Origin: Octopus bimaculoides
Taxonomy: Eukaryota
Assembly (NCBI RefSeq): GCF_001194135.2
Contig: NC_068990.1
Span: forward strand, 72,675,465 to 72,739,464
Length of the DNA stretch: 64,000 nt
Direction of reading: 5' to 3'
The notes under the pieces were generated by a model, which saw only the letters and a program-made list of their open reading frames with translations, was not told where the DNA came from and ran no database searches. Below are positions 11,161 through 25,285 of this stretch, piece by piece. Within the stretch, counting starts at the first letter, position 1, and each line of letters starts with the position of its first letter. The translations under genes were made by a program, and so were the position numbers.

Positions 11161-13288
11161 CTAATATAAAGTCTGGGAATTAATTAAAAGACAGAGACAG
11201 AGACACAGAGGGAGAGGGAGAAAGAAAGAGGGGAAGGAGACAGAGAGAGTGAGATAGAAAAAGAAAAAGGGGGAGAGGGAGAGAAAGATGAAAGAAAAAG
11301 GCACAGAGTAAATTGGTGGGGTTGCTTGTAGAGAATCCTCAATTCAGAAGAGCAGAATGTATTGCTACAGTGAAGGAAGAAATAGGAAGAAAAGAATGTG
11401 CCAGTACAACAGAATCAACTGTACTACACAACTCAATAAAATCATATGTATGAGGTGAAGTATTCCACAGACACTTGTATATTCTAAACATAATTCTCAG
11501 GCAAAATCAGCACCACACACATACACACACACATTGACAAGGCTGGATTTTTGAATTACATATACAATCTGAGAGGTTTTATCTTTTATTCTTTTACGTG
11601 TTTCAGTCATTGGACAGTGCCCATGCTGGAGATACCATCTTGAAGGGAGTTTGTCAAATGAAATCAACTGTGGAACATAAACAAACCAACACCAGGATAT
11701 TAGGATACAAACACAGGCACAATGAGACAAACAGGATGGGATTCCACACAGTTTCCATCTACTAAAGCCACTCACAATGCATTGTGAGTGGCAATGAGGT
11801 TGCAAACTGAACTTTTAACCACAAAACCATTCCTGCACTTATAGCAGGGTAAAAAAAAAAAATGACATAATTTCCATCATAAGGCTTGGGTTGACCTTAG
11901 GCTATAGTAAAAGATACCAACCCAGTTCGCTATATAATGGTACCAAACCTAGAATTTGAAGATTGCAAAATGAACTACTTAACCATTCAGCTGCAACTGT
12001 ATTTACATTGATAAGTAGAGGGTTAAGCAAGCAAAACATGTAGACAAGGTGAACAGATTTATTTGTTTATGAGCTGGGTGGGTACATCGTTTCTGACGTG
12101 CAAAGTGAAGTACTCTGATATAAGACATTATGGAGAAGTAGCTTTGTTTCAGTGTTTTTAGGAAATAGCTACCAAGATTTATAACAATACAAAATTGTTA
12201 TCTTTACTGTTTAAAGTCAATATTTTTCAAAACTTAACCTGACAACAGGAAAGTTCAAGATGAAAAGCATGAGTCTAATTCTCTAACTTTAGAAAGATCT
12301 CTTTAAAATTCTTGATTATTTATGAAATTAACTGAAGTACACAGACAGAATATCATCATAAATAAGGTTCATAAAGGTTTAATAAAGAATAAAGTTTAAA
12401 AGAATACAGCAATAGAGATTATTAGTAAAGAATGTTACTGATAAGATGAACTCTCTTAATAATATTTCTTTATTCAGGTTCAATTTTGCATTTAGTATAA
12501 TAACAAACTACACACATGATATCTAAAAGTGAAGATTCGAATAAGCAAAATTTATATAAATAACTGCAATTACAAATACTATTTTGATTTCAATGAATAT
12601 ACACACAATATTGCTTTTGTTTAATACATAATATATTGGATTATTTATAATATATATTAATGACTAAATTTACTATTTAAAACAATGGCAGGAATAATAA
12701 AAAGGCGAATGAAGTGTAGCCTTCTAAGTTCTATACAGAGGTAATATATGTTCTGTCTGTTTGATGCTGATAAGTCACTTCCTTGTGTCTATAAGTGTTT
12801 TGATTTATCTAAGAGTAATTTACAATGCTTTTCAAGTCTGATAACCAGAGCTATAAGTAAGAAAGATGTAATATAGAGTAGATTGCTAATCATGAAAAAT
12901 ACAGAATCAGTAAATACAACATAGACACATTTCACAAAATATTTATTACCAGCGCAAATAAATTGTCCATACAAAACAAAGCAGACCAGACAGTAAATAG
13001 GTGCAGAGTTTCTAATATGTTACATTCAGTAATTGTAAATATAAATAAAACAATTCTCTTAACAAAATAGATTTCATGTGTTTGTTCCAATGTTTTGAAA
13101 ATAAAAATAAAAATAAAATAAAAATAAAAATAAAATAAAATGAAAAGCAATGAACAATAAATGTTCAGAAATTGGATGTAAATACAATTGAAATGATACA
13201 AAAGTATTTTTTAATGGCTTTAAAATTGTAAACATATAAATGATATACTGCTAAAGAGTTAAAAATTGAATAGTACATTGATAAAACC

Positions 13289-13333
<45 letters not shown>

Positions 13334-15775
13334 ATATATACATGTATATATATACATGTATATATATACNNNNNNNNNNNNNNNNNNNNNNNNNNNNNNN
13401 NNNNNNNNNNNNNNNNNNNNNNNNNNNNNNNNNNNNNNNNNNNNNNNNNNNNNNNNNNNNNNNNNNNNNNNNNNNNNNNNNNNNNNNNNNNNNNNNNNNN
13501 NNNNNNNNNNNNNNNNNNNNNNNNNNNNNNNNNNNNNNNNNNNNNNNNNNNNNNNNNNNNNNNNNNNNNNNNNNNNNNNNNNNNNNNNNNNNNNNNNNNN
13601 NNNNNNNNNNNNNNNNNNNNNNNNNNNNNNNNNNNNNNNNNNNNNNNNNNNNNNNNNNNNNNNNNNNNNNNNNNNNNNNNNNNNNNNNNNNNNNNNNNNN
13701 NNNNNNNNNNNNNNNNNNNNNNNNNNNNNNNNNNNNNNNNNNNNNNNNNNNNNNNNNNNNNNNNNNNNNNNNNNNNNNNNNNNNNNNNNNNNNNNNNNNN
13801 NNNNNNNNNNNNNNNNNNNNNNNNNNNNNNNNNNNNNNNNNNNNNNNNNNNNNNNNNNNNATAACGACTGTACTTTTTAAATTTGTATAATAAAAATTTA
13901 TTTCCTATAGATAAAGGAAAAATAAAAATAATAATAATAAAAAATATATATTCGGAATATTGTGTAGTTGAGAGATAAGATTTGAGATATTTGTTGTAAA
14001 GCTGTCTTGTGCAGCAGGTTTTTGTTTTGTTATCTGCTGAAAAACTCTACTTGGAAATGGATGGAACTAATACAGACTAGTGGACGTAAATCATTGAAAT
14101 CAATGTGAAATGTTAGGTGTATTTTATCACTTTCGGAAAACTCACTGGGAAGGAGGAGAAGTAGATGAAGAAATTTTCATCAATGATCGTTTGGGTTCAC
14201 ACACTTGACAAAGTTTGTTGAAACAAGGGATATAAAAAAAATATTTTCCCTTAAGCTTGTAGATTAATTACATATGCATAATTTGATTTACAATTATCTC
14301 ACCTTTTTTTTTTTTGCTAGTCATTAACAAATACCACTAAGCTTTTGTTTTCTTTCTCCAACTGAAAGGTAAATTTCAATTAACCGAGAATGTTTTCTAT
14401 TCATCATTCAGTACATATGACCTTAACTTATTTATCTAAATTCTTGCCATTAGACTACTTGAATTATTTATCTCTCACAGCTTACTTTTATTTTTCAATT
14501 TATGCAAATTGTATTTCACTTAAATCTCTTGCAACTCTTTTTCTATTTGTAAAAACTATATATAGTCAACTGATCAAAACAAGTTTGAGTAGAACTAACA
14601 CACCGTCAAGGGCCAATAAATCCTGCTAACAGAGGTAAGATTTTGCCCTAAGTATATAGATTAAGTTAGTAAAATTAACTTGTCTTGAAATCATCATTCC
14701 TTGTGTCTGAGAGTCACAATTACTGACAGGATGTTTTCCTTTTCCATTGGAAAAAGGTACTTCCATTAACTGAAAGGTTTTTTTTTATGTATATTATTCA
14801 GCACCTCATAACCAATCTTATTTAATGAATATAAAAGCTTAGCATACTCACAGAATCTATCTGAAGATTATTAATACAGTTCAGCCAGCTGGCACTTGCA
14901 AGCAACTATGACTTGGTAACATGTAGCATGCTTATGCCACTTGTTTTATTGAGCAGAAGCATTCTCCTGAGCAGACATTACCCATGACCAAGTGGCACAT
15001 CTTAGATAGAACAGCTACAGAGAGATAGAGCTATAGCAGAACCCAACTGACAATCATTCACAGCTGAGTATAACAGAACAACATGAAAGTGCCATGAAGA
15101 AAGACGCAAAGTGCTTCCATGACTAGGAACTGAAACCACAGATTTATGACCATGAGCCGAACACCATGAAACTAGAACAAGTGCCTTCACAAAAACAAAC
15201 AAAAAAATTAATATTTATGAAAATAAACAGTTAGCTGAAGAAAATATAAATATTTAGCTTAGAGATTCAGTTTAACTGTGTGATAGAATGTGTTGTCAAA
15301 TATAACAATGTTGTGTTTATTCTCTTGCATACATAAAATGTTACTCTAACAATAGCATTCAGCATAAACTGTTAGACTAATGATATGATCACATAAAAAC
15401 ATTATTTCAATGACAAATTATAGGTTTCCAGTGAAACACCCCAACAGCTGACCCCTGCAACTGTGCAAGTGATTTGGAAATGAAAGTGAGGTGTGAATCT
15501 AATTTCTTTATAGATAGCAATATGAATGCCACATTAATGGCCCAAATATGAATACCAATCTGCTAGAAATAGTAACCAAATCTATTTCAGGTTATGCCAT
15601 AAAGTTTTAATATATAAGAAAAAAGGAGAAATGGAAAATACAATGAACAAAGTAGTCCCTGACATAAAAAGACAAGATATTTGGGAGTGGAATGTCTTTG
15701 AAGATGAGGTCTATTCTATGAAGGTAGTCATGGGTTTAAATAATAATAAAGTTATATTGGAAATAATTAATATAT

Positions 15776-15813
<38 letters not shown>

Positions 15814-16157
15814 TATAAATGGACACACACACGAGAGAAAGAGGCTGCGTTGCTTTTAATATCAGGTATGTCAGACAGACATCAGGCAGGATCTGGCCCA
15901 CAGTAATGCTTGTTGCAACTCCAGGATCACTGTTAGGATGTTTCCAGAGTCAGAGTGTGACTAAAATTGTGATTAACACAGATTCCAGCTTCAATTAGTC
16001 AAATCAGTGTACCTTGGGCAATCTTTAATTATCTCAATTAATAATAAAGAACTTTATACATTACTACATGTAAAGAAGTGATCTACTTCTTCACTTTAAC
16101 TGATGATGAATGCCAAACTAAAGGAATATTCCACTGCCCCAAATTTATATATATCTT

Positions 16158-16429
16158 GTGAAGGCATGTTGTTAGAGTGATCGTAACGCCATGTGCTTGA
16201 TTCCCAGTGGCATGCAGATGAGCAAAACATTTTATTTCATGCTGATCCAGTCCACTTAGCTGGCAAAAATGAATTGTACCTGCAATTCATTCTGTGTCAC
16301 ACTGAATCTCCCTGAGAACTAATGTTAAGGGCACACATCTCAGCAACTTGCAAGTTAATTTCATGAGTCGGCTGTTCCATTGGTCGGATCAACTGGAACC
16401 CTTGTTGTTGTAACTGACAGGGTGCCAGT

Positions 16430-16430
<1 letters not shown>
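16158..16430 (+). mobile_element. tRNA-head SINE (gtgaaggc-head family), degenerate
   Basis: Head gtgaaggcatg..gttagag is shared with 34120-34474 (minus) and 46720-46990 (plus). Internal atttcatgctgatccagtccacttagctggcaaaaatg. Confidence 0.6.
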
Positions 16431-16471
<41 letters not shown>

Positions 16472-17894
16472 TTTTTAATTGGACTTACATTTTGAGTCTC
16501 AAGCTTTCAATATTTGCCTTTTGCAAGTATTGGACCATTAAGCATACAGCTACATTACTAGTTCCTTAAATAGTGTGTAGTCTATCCATAACATACACTG
16601 ATATATGATGCTCATGTTTTTCCGATTAGACCTACTCAGATGTAAGCCACTCAGTTGCACCGATACAGTAGCTTGTATGTTATCACTCAACTTGCTAGAA
16701 AGAGCAACCAAGTTTCCTTTAAATCACATGTTAGACTGTTAAAAAACGAAATTGAACACAGATAATATAACCCTAGAGAAGCCCTAAAAAGATGGTCATA
16801 GCTCAAATGTATTTGATGGACCCATCAAGTGCGCCTTGGGGTGAAACAACAAAACATTCATGAGTAATGATGGAGAACATCTTAGATATACAGTCAATAG
16901 CCTTTAATATTGTTAAAAGTAGGATGCATTTTCCATTCCATTAGTCATGCACTTATAATCACACATACACACACACATACTTTTCAAATGCTGTATTTTA
17001 AGTGAAGAAATTGCTAAACACTAAAATTAGGATTGCTAAATTCAGCCAAACTATTGTTTATTAAAGAAAAAGTATTCAAACATACACGAAATATGAATGC
17101 AGGAAATGAAGAATAAAAATTTGATTTATACATTTAAAATGAGTTTGATAGTCAAGAAATATTCAGAATGTCATCAAGAGAGAAAGAGAGAGATTACAAG
17201 AATTCCTTTAAAGTTTACAAGAGAATATCAATTTAAAATTAATACAATAATGTGTTAAATAAATCAAAATAAATAAATAAATGAATAACAACAAATACAG
17301 CAATAATAAAACCAAAAATCCAACAGCATTAAACCAGCAAGATGAATATGGTAATAATTGTATGTCATTAATAAAATCATGGAATTTCAATAATCCATGA
17401 ACAAAAGTTTCTATATTTAGAAAATAATCTTTCATTGAAAGATTAGTCGTTATAGCTGATAGGCAAACCTGGTTTCTTGATTGGAATATCATTCACAAGA
17501 ATAATAAACAGAACTTTCCAGGAAAAATAATTTATTAAATATAGCAGAGTGAAAACAATAAACAAAGGAAGTATTTCAAAAGCAGAACATCAGGCATTTT
17601 CATTTTATAAATCGCTGACTATTCGAATCAATTAGAATATCAAAGCTAATTAATAAATCAGTTTTTAGTACGAGTTTTAATAAATATTTTCAAATAAATA
17701 AATAATAAATTACACTTTTCAAGAAGGTTTCCTATTTAGCAGTAATGGCAGCAACTAATCATCCACATCATAAAACATGCCATACAAATGAGTGATGAAA
17801 TATCCTTGTTTCAAACACTGGTGTGGTGAAATATAAAGGGAAGCTAATTCATTTTGGGGTTTATATGGACACTTTTAGTGGAAAACAACTGGGG

Positions 17895-18019
17895 TTACAA
17901 TAACTTTGTTTCTCTTTTGTTCACAGAAGTATTTCTGCTGAAATACTTGCTTTTCATTTTGTCAACCAACACCTCTCCAGATTGATTAAAGGTTTGAACC
18001 GCTTCAGTAAGATTTACCC
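17895..18019 (-). CDS. Candidate terminal coding exon (phase 1): (G)VNLTEAVQTFNQSGEVLVDKMKSKYFSRNTSVNKRETKLL*
   Basis: Pyrimidine-rich acceptor ctactttacacttccag, then 40 open codons to TAA. The other two frames stop within 5 codons. No recognised homology. A plus-strand candidate overlaps it. Confidence 0.4.
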
Positions 18020-19792
18020 CTGGAAGTGTAAAGTAGTTCAACTGTACTAATTTTTTTATCAATCTAACCCTTTAATTTTGGAAATCAGATATATCCACTC
18101 AAAATTTCACTACCCTCAACTGCAGAAAACAGTTTTATATACCAATCTATCTTTTGCTGAGGAATGTCATATTTGAAATTAGTTGACATCAGTCATATTT
18201 AGTAGATATTTAACATAATTACTGGAACAACCACGAAATTTAATTTGAAATTTAAAAAAAGTTAATATCTATATTTTTTTTTGACTGTCTCACGTAAATA
18301 AACATGAAGCAGTTAGGCCACTCAGCATCAGAGAAGTGTAAACTAGAAATGATAACTGCGTGAAATGGTGAGCCAACCAAAAAACTATACCATTGTTTCA
18401 CCTGTTCGATGTATCTGCTATCTGTCTTTTAACATATTCCTTGCGATCAAGCCTTAGAGTTTTTACAAAGTCTAGCATCAATAAATACAAGCTGGCTACA
18501 GTAAAAACACTGGTTGAACAACTAACTATATTTGAGCAGTTGCCTCAAAGCCATAGTATTTCTGTAGTAGAACTATCTGAAGTTGGTCAGCAAAAACAAT
18601 GAATTGCGTCTTGGAAAACTGTGTAAGTATGTAAAATGGGATACAAACAATCCATATACATAGAGGCTATTAAAACAAAATAAATAAATAAAATAAGTAA
18701 ATAAGTTTAGAAACTATGAAGCATGAGCCTCCACTTTAAATTTCCATTCATAGTTCTAGCATTACTTCTCTTTTGCTATATGTAAATCTTCACCTGGGTC
18801 TAGCTATTTGCAGTTAAGATTTATCATCAGGTGCTAGCAAATCATTTATAAAATCAATTATGCAAATAATAAAGAAATAGATGTTATCTTATCTTGACAT
18901 TTGTTTCCATCTTGATACAGATAGTTAATGTATTCTCAAATAAAATAACAAAAGACCAAGTTAATGAGATAAAAACTGATAAGTAAAAATAATGTAATGA
19001 TTTTGGAAGAGACAAAAAAAACAACAAAACACAAAAAGCAAAACAGACAAATAAACAATTAGAAAACTACTTTAAGATATCAGCATTCTGAAGAGATGAT
19101 AAAATGTTGAAAGCTTTTTGACTTTTTGTTGATAGAGAAATTCTTAATGTAAAATTTTAGTAGAAACAATTTTCAAAGATTTCAGCTATGTCGGAATGGA
19201 ATAATAACATTTTAAAATGAACTTTGAGTGGGATCTAAGACAGACAGATACACTATGACATAATTTAACATTTCACTCTCACCTCAGTAGAAGTCATTAG
19301 ACAGATGAAATGATACCTTTGTTCTCAACAATGATTGATTTTTCCTATCTTACAACACGATTCATCTAATGGCATCATAGACATATAAAAGTATTTGAAG
19401 AAGTGTGTTCATAAATTAAAGCTATTGGTACTGATGCCAATTTTACTTTTGATCACAACTGATCATTTAGATAAAATACCCAAAAGAAACAATATCATGT
19501 AATACATACAAGAACAAGTTCTTTTTCTTTCTCTTTTATATAAGATTTGAAATACAACCTGCTTTTTAATAGTTTTTCTACTGACCAAATCCATTTTTGG
19601 AGAAATATTTTGCAAGATGAGAAAGTAAAACAAATTTTTCCAAAGTAAACACTAAAACATGTTTTTAATAAAAATTAAATTTAACTGAAACTCCTAAGGA
19701 AATGAAAGTAAACAAAACAGAAAAATCAAAATAGTAACTAATAGTGATGAAATTTCCTCGAAATTACAAATAACAAGTTCATTTATGTAATG

Positions 19793-19825
<33 letters not shown>

Positions 19826-19978
19826 TAATAAATAATGATGATGATGATAGTAATAATGATAATAATAATAATGTAACCTAATTCCCCACAAAAAAATATA
19901 CCTTTTAAAATGCGTGTACTTGTACTTAAGCATACTTCTATCTATATATATGCATGTTTATAGAAGTTTATAGTTTAC

Positions 19979-20018
19979 CTTAAGGCAAACACTTCTATTT
20001 CATAGATGGAAATATAAT
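19979..20018 (-). CDS. Candidate 40-nt internal exon: xYISIYEIEVFAL(R/S)
   Basis: Acceptor aaattttttcag and donor taag|gtaaac. Open in phase 1 to phase 2. Confidence 0.35.
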
Positions 20019-20219
20019 CTGAAAAAATTTGTTTTTTTCTCTCAAATAAAAAAAAAACTTCTAAATGATATCAGACGAGATAAGTTAAAAAGACAGATTA
20101 AATTAGCTGATCACCAATCTAAAATATTGTAGGTCATACATTATGCATCCCCCTACCATATAACTGAGCTCAAGGTTCCTCCATTTAACATTAATAACTT
20201 CAAAAGAATATGAAACTAA

Positions 20220-20231
20220 ATAATGATGATG

Positions 20232-20277
<46 letters not shown>

Positions 20278-20340
20278 AAAGAAGAGGAAAGAGAAGAAGA
20301 GGAAGGAAAAGAAGAAGAAGAAGATGAGGATGCAGATGAC
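20220..20340. repeat. (AAT)n followed by a (GAA/GAG/GAT)-rich tract
   Basis: Direct reading. One of many microsatellites; others include (AT)n 10-56, (AAT)n 10018-10060, A-run 22304-22335 and (ACT)n 53488-53537. Confidence 0.95.
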
Positions 20341-20516
20341 TTGATGGACAGACGGACACACACACACGCACTATTATTATTCCAAGATTTAATGTAAACA
20401 TCATCAAAATTTTATATATGCACATATTTTGGCATCTAACTTGTTTGGAAAGGAATTTTGTAATAAATTCATATATATATATATGTATATATATACACAC
20501 ACACATATATGCATAC

Positions 20517-20559
<43 letters not shown>

Positions 20560-22302
20560 CACACATATACATACATGCATATACATACAATATACTCACA
20601 CATACATACAAGTATGTAGTGTATACATTCATATATTATGTATATCAGTGTGTGAGTGTATGTGTTCATATATCATTATATATACATAATAATACATATG
20701 ATACATATAATACATACATAATAATACATAATAATACATACATAAACTGATACTGATAAAGGATATTCTATAATGACCAGATAACAACAAACTAAACTTC
20801 CTTTAACTTTTATCTTAAAAATATTCAAACATGTATTCCTATATTTCAAAGAGAAAACAAACACACACACACACACACACACAAGTCCGCACACACACAA
20901 GTCCACACACACACACACATCTAAGTTTTCCTAAATCTATGTAGCCGAATGTGAATGATTATAAGAACCGTTTATGAGAACTTCGAACACTAATATCTTG
21001 CCAAAAAGTAAAAGTAATTTATGAAACAAAAATTTATTTTTAGATAATAATTTATCTGTAGGTAGAAAGCAATTTCTATATCAAGTGTGCAAGTTGATAA
21101 ACAATAAATGTTAACGTTATCAATCATCTCAATTAGAGGTGAGAGCAAACATAAATTTCCTTACACTCTCTAACAGTAGAGAATATTCGGCTGGGGGAAT
21201 GGGGGCAGGGGAGGAGAAAAAAAAACAAAAAAAAAACAAAGAAAAAAGTTAGGAGTAATAATTCTAATAATTGATGTTTGTTAATGATTGTAATTAGTGA
21301 ATGAAAATGATCAAAGCTACCCTGCAAATAAGTGAATTAAATAGCAAGCAGCAACTCAAAGTAAAAACAAATATCTTTTATTACAAGACTAATATGGGAA
21401 ATAAAATGACATTCTTATTGTTTGTGCAAAGTGAAAAGGAAAGTAAACGGCTCGATCATAATTTGATGAGAGAGAATAGCCAAGATTTGTTAGAGACGAG
21501 ATAGAGATTAAAATAGCTCTGTAGTCTCTCACAAGTTGCAAACAAAAATCGATATTGTGGAATTAGTTTCTGCTTGTGCTGCTGCCACAATTCAGTCTAG
21601 TTACTATCAATTTCAGTGAATGGAACTGACATGCACTCAAAGACAGTCTGAGGCTTGTCTGGATTACAATGAAGTCAATATATTGAGAGATACTTTAGTA
21701 CAGTTGTGGGCAAACAGCAGTGGGTGAAAAAGTGAGAAAGAGACGGATGGAATTTGTTTTGGTCTTTGAAGGGTAACTAAACAGAAATCGTAATAGGAAA
21801 TCTATGAATTTATAAAGGGAAATATCTAGGGAAAAACAATAGGAAAACACACATACACACACACAAAATAAAAAGATAAAGACAAAACAGAAACATGTTA
21901 TTTTACAGTGCAACTAACTTTCATTGAAACCTAATGAATAGGCAGTAATTCCACTTGTATTATGTTACAACCACTACAGTAGCTGTAACATAGTAAGTAG
22001 AATAATTCATTTCCCATTTGAAATTTTAGTTCGGTATTCCATTAGAATGTATGAGTAAAATTATTTGGGAAAAAAATAAATGAACCACTTACTTATATTC
22101 AATATTATTACTGTAATCAATGAATTTATCTGCATGTTACTCATAAATGTTGAAACTGAATATTTTGTTCTTTTTTCTTTGCAGAAGTAATAAATATAAT
22201 GAATATAGATATTTTAAACTCAATATAATATTGGGAAAATCAATAACCCAAATTAACAATGTATATGTTACAATGTTTTAAAGGGTTTAATATATATTTA
22301 AG

Positions 22303-22338
<36 letters not shown>

Positions 22339-22487
22339 AACATTAACCTCAAGGACAAGTTTCTTTCTAATAATTATTAAAACAGTCAGCATTAGAATTT
22401 TAAAATGTTAAAATTTAAAATGAAATATTAAACAGAATATCAGACATATGTAGTAACACAAATATTAAACCCAGAGAATAACTTTAA

Positions 22488-22529
<42 letters not shown>

Positions 22530-23071
22530 CAGTGGATAAAATATTTAAAATCAGATACTTTCAAAGTAATTATAACAATTGCCACAGATAACTTGAGTGG
22601 TTAGTATTAGTGAAGGAGGCTATGCAAGCTAACAGTGACCACTACATATATGTCAATATACAACAATAGATGTAAAACTAAAACAAAAAAATCTATAAAA
22701 GATAGAGCATAGCAATAACGAAAACTAGAGAAGTACAATCTTTTAGCTGTGAATTATTTAAATGCAGCAAAAGAGACAAAATTATAACCCACAGCATGCT
22801 GTATCATCTTAACTGTTTAGGTTATAATGAAGTTAATGAATAAAAATATATTTTCTTACATTATAAATCACATTTCTAAAATGAACAGATGCAAAAGAAA
22901 TGGACTATAAGTTCACATGAAAACAAAAATTTAATTCTCGTACCCCAACATGGATTTCAAAATTCTCTCCATTTATACCTTACATATTTTCAAAAATTCA
23001 CTTGTTCTAATTGATTTTACCTATTAATCTAGACATATTTCTATTAACAAGATTAAAGAAAAATTAATATA

Positions 23072-23216
23072 TATCCATGAACACACACACACACACACAC
23101 ACACTATATATATATATATATATATAAGTATCATCATTTTTAAATCCATGAACACACACACACACACAATATATATATATATAAGTATCATCATTTTGAA
23201 ATCCATGAACACACAC

Positions 23217-23261
<45 letters not shown>

Positions 23262-23336
23262 TCATTTTTAAATCCATGAACACACACACACACACACACA
23301 ATATATATATATAAGTATCATCATTTTTAAATCCAT
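23072..23336. repeat. Compound minisatellite: unit atccatga-(AC)n-(AT)n-(aagt)atcatcatttt(t/g)aa, four units plus a partial
   Basis: atccat anchors at about 23072, 23144, 23201, 23272 and 23331, with variable internal microsatellite lengths. Confidence 0.9.
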
Positions 23337-24443
23337 TTTTTTCATTAAGTTCTGTGTTGGAGAAATCTGTAAAATCACTTCATTGTAATTTGTTTTGATG
23401 CAGACTCATTTTTACATTTATGTACAATGTTGCTTACTGATCTAAAACAAAGTTTGCAATCAACTCTACCATTATTAAAGTCTTCTAATTAGTGTGACAG
23501 GTTTCAAATCTTAAGGCCTGAAACTATCAGATCAACTTAAAGATGGTCACCAAGTGAATTATCCACTTCCATTAGGCCTGATGCATTAACTATATAATAG
23601 AGCCTGATGGCTCAGAGCAAAGTGTTAAGCTAAAATATATAGCTGGCATGCTGCTTAATAATCTCTAGATTTTAGTATCAAGTGCAGCCATAGCCAACAA
23701 GGTTTTCCACTCTTCTAGGTTTCATAGAATAACAGCTATTTGAAATGACAGGTTGATAGTCAAACCCTATAGTGTGTAAATGAGTGTAGCTCTTATGTCA
23801 GCATTTAGTGCTCAGTTGGTTATTCCTACACAGCAGTTTACCCAATCAAATTAGACAGACAGATAGGCAAATGGATGGATAGATGGACGGATGGATATAC
23901 TTTAATAATTATAAAAAGATTAAATGAAATAGTGAGGGAACTTATATGCAGCGACTTGGCTTGTTTGAAATAGCAGTTAAATCTCACTCAAATTCCACCT
24001 ACTATCTAAAGAAAAAAAGAAGAAAAAGGAAACAGAGGATAATGCAATTTTATTGTATCTGAAAGAAAGATAAAGTAATCACTGCTAAAGCACTTTTGAT
24101 TATAAGTCTCATCAATCAAAGATGGACCTAGGGCCTTAAACCTCAACAAGAATACATGTCAAAACTTATCAATTAGGAAAGTTAATCAGTGCCAGGTTTG
24201 TAATAGCATTTAGCTATATAGAAATTTGAAGGAGTCTGGGAAAATTCTGTTTGGGTTAACCAACTGCTTCTAATATAAGCAAAACGCCACAAATGTGAAG
24301 GAGGAAGGATTTAGTCAGTTTGTTCACCCCTTGAAAAATGGAAAGTAAAGTTGTCCATGGCAGGATTTGAATTTGAGGTTAAGTAAAGACACCCATTTAC
24401 CATTTCATCAAAATGCAACACTAGCAGAGGAAAGTTTGGATAT

Positions 24444-24796
24444 TCTTTTACTTGTTTCAGTAATTTGACTGTGGTCATGCTGGAGCACTGCCTTTAGTTG
24501 AACAAATGACCCCAGGACTTACTCTTTGTAAGACTAGTACTTATTCTATTGGTCCCTTTTGCTGACCCACTAAGTTACAGAGACGTAAACAAACCAACAT
24601 CAGTTGTCAAGTGATGGTGTTGGGGACAAATACAGACACATACACACACATATATATAGACAATGGGCTTCTTTCAGTTTCCATCAACCAAATCCACTCA
24701 CAAGGCTTTGGTCAGCCTGAGGCCATGGAAGACACTTGCCCAACCTGGAACCATGTGGTTGGGAAGCAAGCTTCTTACCACAGCCACACCTGCGCC
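24444..24796 (-). mobile_element. Near full-length tRNA-derived SINE, family A
   Basis: Reverse complement matches 47472-47852 from the head (ggctgtggtaagaagcttgcttcccaaccacatggttcc) through the internal (TG)n to the tail (...gaaacaagtaaaaga). Confidence 0.85.
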
Positions 24797-25216
24797 TAGG
24801 GAACAAAAACATTCAGAAATAAAACAAAAAAGATAAAAGACTACATATAATGTACATTACAACTTTAAGAGAACTAAAGAAAATAAAAAATAAAAATAAT
24901 GTCTTTCAATGTGGAGCCCAAGACTTTGCTCAACTTATTCCACTGAGCTGAGAAAATTGTAGCCCTGAGCTAATGCTTAAGCATCTGTTACATTATTTTG
25001 TCCAAAATATTAAATACAGCTATATTTTCTGATGTAGTTGAATAATTTGTATCAATGACCATATCTGCATGACTAGCAATGGTTCTTTCATCGATAACAG
25101 GCTGTATATTTTCCTAGCTCCTTCACCTGCTTACTTTAATAAGATTTCACACCAAACGAGGGCAATTCAACCATAAACCAGCACCTTTCAACTAATATAC
25201 GTTGTCCCTCAATTAC

Positions 25217-25285
25217 CAGCGTTCAACAATGTAAATGAAATAAATAACAGCAGCAACGGTATATCCATCTTTCCAACTACTTTGA
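25217..25285 (-). CDS. Candidate 69-nt exon encoding a hydrophobic segment (KVVGKMDIPLLLLFISFTLLNA or QSSWKDGYTVAAVIYFIYIVER)
   Basis: Acceptor tttctaaactgtttctcaag (AAG, weaker) and donor ctg|gtaatt. Two frames are open. ATG at 25268 begins a signal-peptide-like stretch. Confidence 0.3.

Noticed and set aside
14305-14365. Strong minus-strand acceptor (tttacctttcag) and donor (aaag|gtgaga) pair
   Set aside because: All three frames contain stops between these sites. Only a weaker internal donor rescues a 27-nt exon (LEKENKSLV), which is too weak to call.
22165-22335. Strong plus acceptor followed by a long A-run, suggesting a terminal exon or retrocopy tail
   Set aside because: The downstream frames are short and low-complexity, and no TSD or parent sequence is visible.
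23072-23336. Regularly spaced repeat and spacer pattern resembling a CRISPR array
   Set aside because: The spacers are (AC)n/(AT)n microsatellites, there are no cas genes, and the context is eukaryotic.
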